Positions 25,775-31,321 of a DNA stretch of 31,321 nt are shown one piece after another. Within the stretch, counting starts at the first letter, position 1. Each line of letters starts with the position of its first letter. Position numbers and translations under genes: made by a program. The notes under the pieces were generated by a model, which ran no database searches, was not told the origin of the DNA, and was given only the letters and a program-made list of their open reading frames with translations. The stretch comes from Pyrinomonadaceae bacterium. GTDB taxonomy: Bacteria; Acidobacteriota; Blastocatellia; Pyrinomonadales; Pyrinomonadaceae. Location of the stretch: the NCBI GenBank assembly GCA_018060305.1, contig JAGOWF010000001.1:1-31321 (forward strand). Direction: 5' to 3'.

Positions 25775-28700
25775 ATGAGGTTTAGATTGAAAGCGAACCT
25801 ATTAGCTCACGGTAAGCCCGTTAAAGACTTCCGAGGAGGGCGCATCGCAAACGGTTTGATCCAAAAACTCCCGGCCAGATTAGGCATTGCGGTATTTCTG
25901 CTGCTCACGGCCATGTCCGCCTACTGGCTTCTGCCCTCGTCCGCTGCGACGGGCAGGTCAAGCGAGCCGCCCGAGGACGGACCGGGCTGTGTCGTAAATC
26001 CAACGCCAACATATACAACGTATACTTTCAGCAACGAGGCACCCATCGTCCCGGCGGATCGTGTGAGCAACGATCCGGGCACGGATCCAGGCCTCCCGTC
26101 TTTATATCCATCGGTGATCCAAGTCGGCGGGGCTGCCCCGGAATCCTGCGTGCTGACCGAGGTCAAGGTCACTTTTGCTGTCACCTCGCAAAGGCCTGAC
26201 GATCTGGACATGCTTCTTATCGACCATCGAGGCAGCAGATCTATCCTGATCTCAGACGCCGGAGGCAGTAACCAGTTGACCGACGTCGTCTACGCGATAT
26301 CGCTTAATCGTCCAACCTTTCCAGATGAGACCGCCCCGCCGTCGGGAACCTATTCTCCCGGCCAGTATCCGGGACTCGTGGGGCCAGAGCCGGACGGATT
26401 CGATAATTTTCCGGGCGTGAACGGCCTTGCGAGCTATCCTTCTGACTGGTGGGCGCTTTTTTCGCACTCCGGACTGGCCGGGGCATGGAAACTATACGTC
26501 GTCGATGACGAGACTGGCCATGCCAGCGGCCTGCCAACCGGCTGGACCTTGCAATTCGTCTTCATGTGCACTACTCCGCCAATGATGTGCACACCGACGC
26601 CGACGCCGACGCCGTCTTGCCAGCCGGGAGTCCTGGATCCGACGTTTGGCGGTGACGGCCTGATGACAACGTCTATAATGGACGGCTTTAGTGTCGCAAC
26701 ATCGATGGCGATCCAGCCGGATGGGCGTATCGTCGCGGCTGGTTACGCATGTGCCGAACCTGGCGGAAACTGCCAATTCTATGGAGCCCGACTTAAGTAT
26801 GCGCTTACGCGCTATTTAGAGAACGGCGCTCTTGATGGTTCCTTTGGGACAGGCGGGATCGTGACGACAGAGTTCTATGGCATTGACCGTGCGAATGCCC
26901 TCGCACTCCAGCCTGATGGGAAGGTCGTCGTCGCCGGGCGCAGCATAGCACCAGGCACGCCCGCAGCGTTCGCACTCGCTAGATATAACGCTGACGGCTC
27001 GCTCGATGCTTCATTCGGCACAGGCGGAAAGGTCACGACCACATTCCCAGACAGTATCGGAGACGGCGCATATTCGGTGGCGATTCAGCCGGATGGCCGC
27101 ATCGTAGCCGGCGGCGGAACTAGGGACGCAGGTTCTTTGGATGCCTTTGCACTTGCCAGATATAACGGCGACGGAACCCTTGACCCTTCCTTTGGAACCG
27201 GCGGCCTGGTCAAACTGAGCATCGATGGCCGAGAGAGCGAGGCGCGAGCGATAGCCTTGCAGCCCGACGGCCGCATTGTCGCGGTCGGTTCTGTTATTCG
27301 CTCTCCGGGCCCAGACGGCGCCTTGTTTGCCGCAGCCAGATACAACTCCGACGGCACGCTGGACACTTCATTTGGGACCGGCGGCACGGTAACAACTGAG
27401 ATCGGGCCTTTGGCGGATGCAGCATTGGCCGTTGCGATGCAGACTGACGGAAAGATCCTAGCGGCATGGATCGCCTATGTCGGAACCACCCCTCACTCAG
27501 ACTTCGCTCTCGTGAGGTATAACCAGGACGGAACGCTCGACACGACGTTTGGCACCGGCGGTAAGGTAACAACCGCGATCGCTCCCGAAACCGGGCTCGA
27601 TTCCCTGGAGGCGATCGCGATTCAGGATGACGGACGCATCGTCGCTGCAGGTGATTCCGCATCTGATATTTCTTTCGCCCGATATAACCCCGATGGCACG
27701 CTTGACACGTCGCTGAACGGCACGGGACTGATCACCACAAACCTCGAACCCAACTTCTCAGGCGCCACCTCGGTCGCGATCCAGGAGGACGGCAAAATTG
27801 TTGCCGCCGGCCGCGGGTTTGGTGGCACGAACTACGATGTGGCGGTCATGCGCTATGGCGCGCCGTGCGGGACGCCCACACCCACGCCGACACCCACGCC
27901 AACCCCGACCCCGACACAGAGTTTGGGGACGTATGCGGATGTAGTCGTCCCGTTGGGTGGAAACGCGAGCCTGGTCCCGTCGGCACCGCCGACCGGGGTG
28001 ACAAATCTCGCGGTAACGACGTCAACTAGCTTCAACGGCGAACTCACCGCTGACCCTACGACAGGAGTTGTCCGGATAACGAACGCTCATCCGACAAACA
28101 TAACACCATCGTCATACGCGGTCGAGGTTCGCGGCTTCGGTCCGGGCGGTACGGTCTCACAGACCTTTCAGTTGACGGTTACGAGCGGAAACGCGTGCGG
28201 CGGCGTCAGCGGATTCACTGCACCCGCAGTGCCCGAGGTTACGGTCGGAGCTTTTCCCCACGACGCAGCTGTCGCTGACTTTAACGGCGACGGCATTCAG
28301 GACATTGCCGTCGTAAACAAGAATTCGACTAACGTCTCGATACGGCTAGGCAACGGCACCGGCGGTTTTGTTTCGCCTTCCGTGCCAGAGGTCGCGGTCA
28401 GTCAAAATCCGCAGCGTATCGCAATAGGTGACTTCAATGACGATGGCTACAGCGACATGGCGGTCACCAGTTTTGACCTGATAAGAGTCTCGATAAGGCT
28501 GGGTGACGGAGCCGGAGGATTTACGCTGCCTGCAATTTCTGAGGTCTTGGTTCCGTTTGCCCCGCGGGCAATTGAGGTTGCCGATGTGAACGGCGACCGG
28601 CATGACGATCTGCTGGTCGGAATGGGCGGGTCAACCGTCTCGGTCCGTCTGGGTGACGGGGCCGGGGGATTCTCAGCCCCATCGACCCCGACGGTAACAG

Positions 28701-30991
28701 TAGACGGCCGGCCGCATTATATCGTCGCAGGAGATTTTAACAGCGATGGAAACGCTGATTTTGCGACGGCAAACGACAACACGGACTCGATTTCCATACG
28801 ACTGGGCGACGGTCTTGGCGGTTTTTTGGTTCCGGGCGGCACTATTCTAGCCGTTGGGTCTCCGAGCGAAGTTGCGATCGGTGACTTTAATGAGGACGGT
28901 ATTCAGGATCTGTTATCGGGCGGTCAAAATTCTATCGGTGAGGCCGCGATATCGGTCCTGCTCGGACAAGGTACCGGCGGATTTATCCCTGCGCCATCGC
29001 CTATGGTTCCTCTGCCCTCGGGACCGGGTGGCGTTCGGATAACTGACCATAATAACGACGGCCATCAAGACTTCTTAACTGTGAATCCTAATGTCAACAA
29101 TGTATCTTTGCGAACCGGAAACGGATCGGCAGGATTCATCCAACCCGTGAACGCTCAGATCGCGGTCGGCTCAATTCCGCTACGAGTCGTAATAGCAGAT
29201 TTCAACGGGGACGGGCGGCAGGACTTTGCAACCGCGAACTTCGCCTCCGGGAATGCATCCATCCGCATGGGGTTCTGTAACATTTCAACGCCAACGCCAA
29301 CTCCGACGCCTACGCCGACTCCAACGTCCACGCCTACGCCACCACCCACGCCGACGCCACCGCCAACCGGTCCCTGCAATTACGTCAACGGCGGACTAAA
29401 TCCCGTGACCATATCCCTCAGCGGTGTACCCGCCCCTTCCGGGTCATTCTGGAGCGAGGTGCAGAATAACGCGGGGAACCTCACCGAGTCCAATACAACG
29501 TTAGGCTTTGAGACCAAACAGGGCCAATTTGTATACGATTCTGACCGGCTGGCGGACGATTTCGTTACCCAGGTACCGTGTACGATCGACTCGGTCGTGG
29601 TTCACGGCTATTCAGGTAGCGGTACCACGAGTCCGTTTACCGCGCACACGCTTCAGATTTGGAATGGCCGTCCCGGCGACCTGGAAAGCACGATCGTGTT
29701 TGGTGACACTACAACTAACCGGCAGGCATCGAGTACCGACACGGGCACCTTCCGTATCTCTAACACCGTCGTGCCGCCGCTGGTCACGCCGACGGCCACC
29801 CGAAGGGTCTGGAGAAATACCATTGCGGTCGCCACGACGCTGCCGCCTGGACACTATTGGATCGACTGGACCGCGACCGTCAATAATAATCCGGCTACGT
29901 CGAACTTCGCGCCGACGAGAACCATGGCAGGGCAGAGAAGCGATTGGCGGGATAACGCGATACAAAGGGGCGAGCTTGCCAACTTTCAGTATTCTGACGT
30001 CATCGATTACGGAAAGCCGTCATCGGCCGGCAATGTACCACAGGATTTTCCATTTGAGGTCGTCGGAACGCCCGCTGGCGGCCCGACGCCGACGCCGAGT
30101 CCGACCCCAACGCCGCCTGCGTATCGCGCACGGGCCGACTTTGACGGTGACGGAGTTTCGGACGTATCCGTCTATCGGCCGACCGCATTTGGTTCCAATC
30201 TGAGCGCGTGGTATGTGAATGGCTCTACGGCCGGGTTCTCAGGGGCGCAGTTTGGGCTTGCCACCGACGTACCGGTCCCCGGAGACTACGACGGCGATAC
30301 GAGGGCCGACCTGGCGGTCGCACGCTTTACGACACATCCCCAGATGCCGGATTTCTTTATTCTGCGGAGTGCAACGAACACAATGATTTACGCGAATTGG
30401 GGACAACCGGACGACGTCCCGAGCCCCGGCGACTATGACGGTGACGGCTTGACGGACGTCGCCATCACCCGCGATTGGTCGACATACATTATCAAGAGTA
30501 CCGGTGGCACCATTCAAAGAGATTATGGTCGGCAATCCTCGACTCTGGGCTTCAGGCCGGTGCCGATCCCGCTGGACTTCGACGGGAACGGCCGAACAAA
30601 TATTGTATTTTTCAACGAGGGAATGTGGAGGATCATCGACGACGACCTGTTAGGCGGCCAGACCACGATCGAATGGGGCCTGCCGACGGATATCCGCGTG
30701 CCGGCAGATTACGACGGCGACGGTTCCGACGACATCGCTGTATTCAGGCCCAGCAACGGCGTCTGGTACATACTTAAGAGCTCAGACAGGCAGCCGATGA
30801 TAATCCAGTGGGGCCAGGACGGCGATGTACCTGTTCCGGGCGATTACGATGGGGACCAAGTTTACGATGTTGCGGTCTATCGTTTCGGCATTTGGTACAT
30901 CAACGGCTCGACTGCGGGGCCAAGAGCCGAGGGATTTGGCTTAGATTTTGATATTCCGGTTCCGAGGTCTTACCGGCCGCATTTCCCGTGA
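25775..30991 (+). CDS. Large mosaic surface protein: P-domain-like, delta-60 repeats, Ig-like, FG-GAP/VCBS, unknown beta-sandwich, C-terminal FG-GAP-like domain, joined by PT linkers
   Basis: Repeats LDxSFGTGG.VTT / QPDG(K/R)IV.AG / LARYN.DG (26620-27860); DFNGDG..D repeats (28200-29275); DFDGDG..D.SVYRP / PVPGDYDGD repeats (30125-30985); four PT tracts. Start uncertain (25703/25754/25775). Confidence 0.9.
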   Translation: MRFRLKANLLAHGKPVKDFRGGRIANGLIQKLPARLGIAVFLLLTAMSAYWLLPSSAATGRSSEPPEDGPGCVVNPTPTYTTYTFSNEAPIVPADRVSNDPGTDPGLPSLYPSVIQVGGAAPESCVLTEVKVTFAVTSQRPDDLDMLLIDHRGSRSILISDAGGSNQLTDVVYAISLNRPTFPDETAPPSGTYSPGQYPGLVGPEPDGFDNFPGVNGLASYPSDWWALFSHSGLAGAWKLYVVDDETGHASGLPTGWTLQFVFMCTTPPMMCTPTPTPTPSCQPGVLDPTFGGDGLMTTSIMDGFSVATSMAIQPDGRIVAAGYACAEPGGNCQFYGARLKYALTRYLENGALDGSFGTGGIVTTEFYGIDRANALALQPDGKVVVAGRSIAPGTPAAFALARYNADGSLDASFGTGGKVTTTFPDSIGDGAYSVAIQPDGRIVAGGGTRDAGSLDAFALARYNGDGTLDPSFGTGGLVKLSIDGRESEARAIALQPDGRIVAVGSVIRSPGPDGALFAAARYNSDGTLDTSFGTGGTVTTEIGPLADAALAVAMQTDGKILAAWIAYVGTTPHSDFALVRYNQDGTLDTTFGTGGKVTTAIAPETGLDSLEAIAIQDDGRIVAAGDSASDISFARYNPDGTLDTSLNGTGLITTNLEPNFSGATSVAIQEDGKIVAAGRGFGGTNYDVAVMRYGAPCGTPTPTPTPTPTPTPTQSLGTYADVVVPLGGNASLVPSAPPTGVTNLAVTTSTSFNGELTADPTTGVVRITNAHPTNITPSSYAVEVRGFGPGGTVSQTFQLTVTSGNACGGVSGFTAPAVPEVTVGAFPHDAAVADFNGDGIQDIAVVNKNSTNVSIRLGNGTGGFVSPSVPEVAVSQNPQRIAIGDFNDDGYSDMAVTSFDLIRVSIRLGDGAGGFTLPAISEVLVPFAPRAIEVADVNGDRHDDLLVGMGGSTVSVRLGDGAGGFSAPSTPTVTVDGRPHYIVAGDFNSDGNADFATANDNTDSISIRLGDGLGGFLVPGGTILAVGSPSEVAIGDFNEDGIQDLLSGGQNSIGEAAISVLLGQGTGGFIPAPSPMVPLPSGPGGVRITDHNNDGHQDFLTVNPNVNNVSLRTGNGSAGFIQPVNAQIAVGSIPLRVVIADFNGDGRQDFATANFASGNASIRMGFCNISTPTPTPTPTPTPTSTPTPPPTPTPPPTGPCNYVNGGLNPVTISLSGVPAPSGSFWSEVQNNAGNLTESNTTLGFETKQGQFVYDSDRLADDFVTQVPCTIDSVVVHGYSGSGTTSPFTAHTLQIWNGRPGDLESTIVFGDTTTNRQASSTDTGTFRISNTVVPPLVTPTATRRVWRNTIAVATTLPPGHYWIDWTATVNNNPATSNFAPTRTMAGQRSDWRDNAIQRGELANFQYSDVIDYGKPSSAGNVPQDFPFEVVGTPAGGPTPTPSPTPTPPAYRARADFDGDGVSDVSVYRPTAFGSNLSAWYVNGSTAGFSGAQFGLATDVPVPGDYDGDTRADLAVARFTTHPQMPDFFILRSATNTMIYANWGQPDDVPSPGDYDGDGLTDVAITRDWSTYIIKSTGGTIQRDYGRQSSTLGFRPVPIPLDFDGNGRTNIVFFNEGMWRIIDDDLLGGQTTIEWGLPTDIRVPADYDGDGSDDIAVFRPSNGVWYILKSSDRQPMIIQWGQDGDVPVPGDYDGDQVYDVAVYRFGIWYINGSTAGPRAEGFGLDFDIPVPRSYRPHFP

Positions 30992-31015
30992 TCGCGACCC
31001 AGACATTGAGATTCA

Positions 31016-31072
31016 GAGTGCAAGCTTTAGCTTGTTCCGGCGTGTCTTGGGAATAAGCTGAAGATTGCACTC
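31016..31072. repeat. Short REP doublet between convergent genes (may also terminate transcription)
   Basis: GAGTG-CAAGC-TTTA-GCTTG-TTCC (31016-31038) is an imperfect inverted repeat of GGAATAAGC-TGAA-GATTGCACTC (31050-31072). Confidence 0.7.
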
Positions 31073-31082
31073 CTAACAACGC

Positions 31083-31321
31083 TTAGCCGGTGTGTTCATC
31101 GTAGATGTCGTGGAGGACTTCGGAGATGGTCTTGCGGTCGGAGGCGGGAGCGGCCGAATCCTTTCGGCGTTTAGTGGAATCTCGTTTTGCTGTCGCAGGA
31201 TCTCGCTCGTCGGGCTGCATGAATGAGACCACTCTTGACGGAATCCGGTCGCTACGGCTCCCGGTTCTGAATCGAGTGTCGTCATCAACGGGCTCTACTG
31301 CGGAGACGGCGGTGACGGATG
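31083..31321 (-). CDS. 3' part of an unidentified gene entering from the right edge
   Basis: Frame from 31319 is open to TAA at 31083: [78 protein letters not shown]. The other two minus frames stop early. Not in the track. Confidence 0.6.
   Translation of the reverse strand, partial: SVTAVSAVEPVDDDTRFRTGSRSDRIPSRVVSFMQPDERDPATAKRDSTKRRKDSAAPASDRKTISEVLHDIYDEHTG
31243..31270. repeat. REP-like motif inside the partial CDS
   Basis: TCAGAACCGGGAGCCGTAGCGACCGGAT on the minus strand (imperfect CCGG..GC-CGTA-GC..CCGG hairpin); alternative-frame readings EPGAVATG / PVATAPGS resemble a repeat I recall from related genomes. Confidence 0.5.

Noticed and set aside
29285-29375. ACGCC(G/A/T) runs as DNA repeat elements (also 26590-26615, 27870-27915, 30080-30115)
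   Set aside because: They encode Pro-Thr linkers with varied third positions.
25703-30991. DGR target or RTX/autotransporter
   Set aside because: No reverse transcriptase or template-repeat pair, no GGxGxD nonapeptides, and no beta-barrel terminus.

Overview
Chromosomal, mostly housekeeping window, probably from an Acidobacteriota (Blastocatellia/Pyrinomonadaceae-like) genome; the taxon is inferred from gene content and repeat style, not from a database search. Gene order: iolI-like isomerase (runs off the left edge, not in the ORF track), TPR-lytic transglycosylase, REP/REPIN-rich interval containing a cassette, ilvA, SPFH-GPx-mltG-Cof-cyclophilin-dtd-cyclophilin operon, tRNA-Arg(CCG), gingipain-like C25 peptidase, second REPIN cluster, acnA, atypical receiver, YtxH, DUF6335-like, tRNA-Glu(CTC), ybjQ, DinB-like, two zinc-ribbon membrane paralogues, ggt, NRAMP-related transporter, MscS-cNMP channel, a ~1740-aa mosaic surface protein, and a partial gene. 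No integrase, transposase, RT, cas gene or CRISPR array was seen. The most unusual structure is at 2626-4149. A ~1.14-kb cassette (14 x 21-bp AT-rich tandem array followed by an uncharacterised 233-aa gene) sits base-precisely between direct copies of a 121-bp REP-doublet (REPIN-like) element. Its flanks fit integration of a cassette-plus-REPIN unit into a resident REPIN. Other leads: several REP families sharing one architecture, a REP-like motif read in frame inside a gene, helically phased motif arrays, a stand-alone C25 sortase-like protease, an Asp-to-Glu pseudo-receiver, a variant NRAMP metal-site motif, and a conserved SVTExTTxLL tail.
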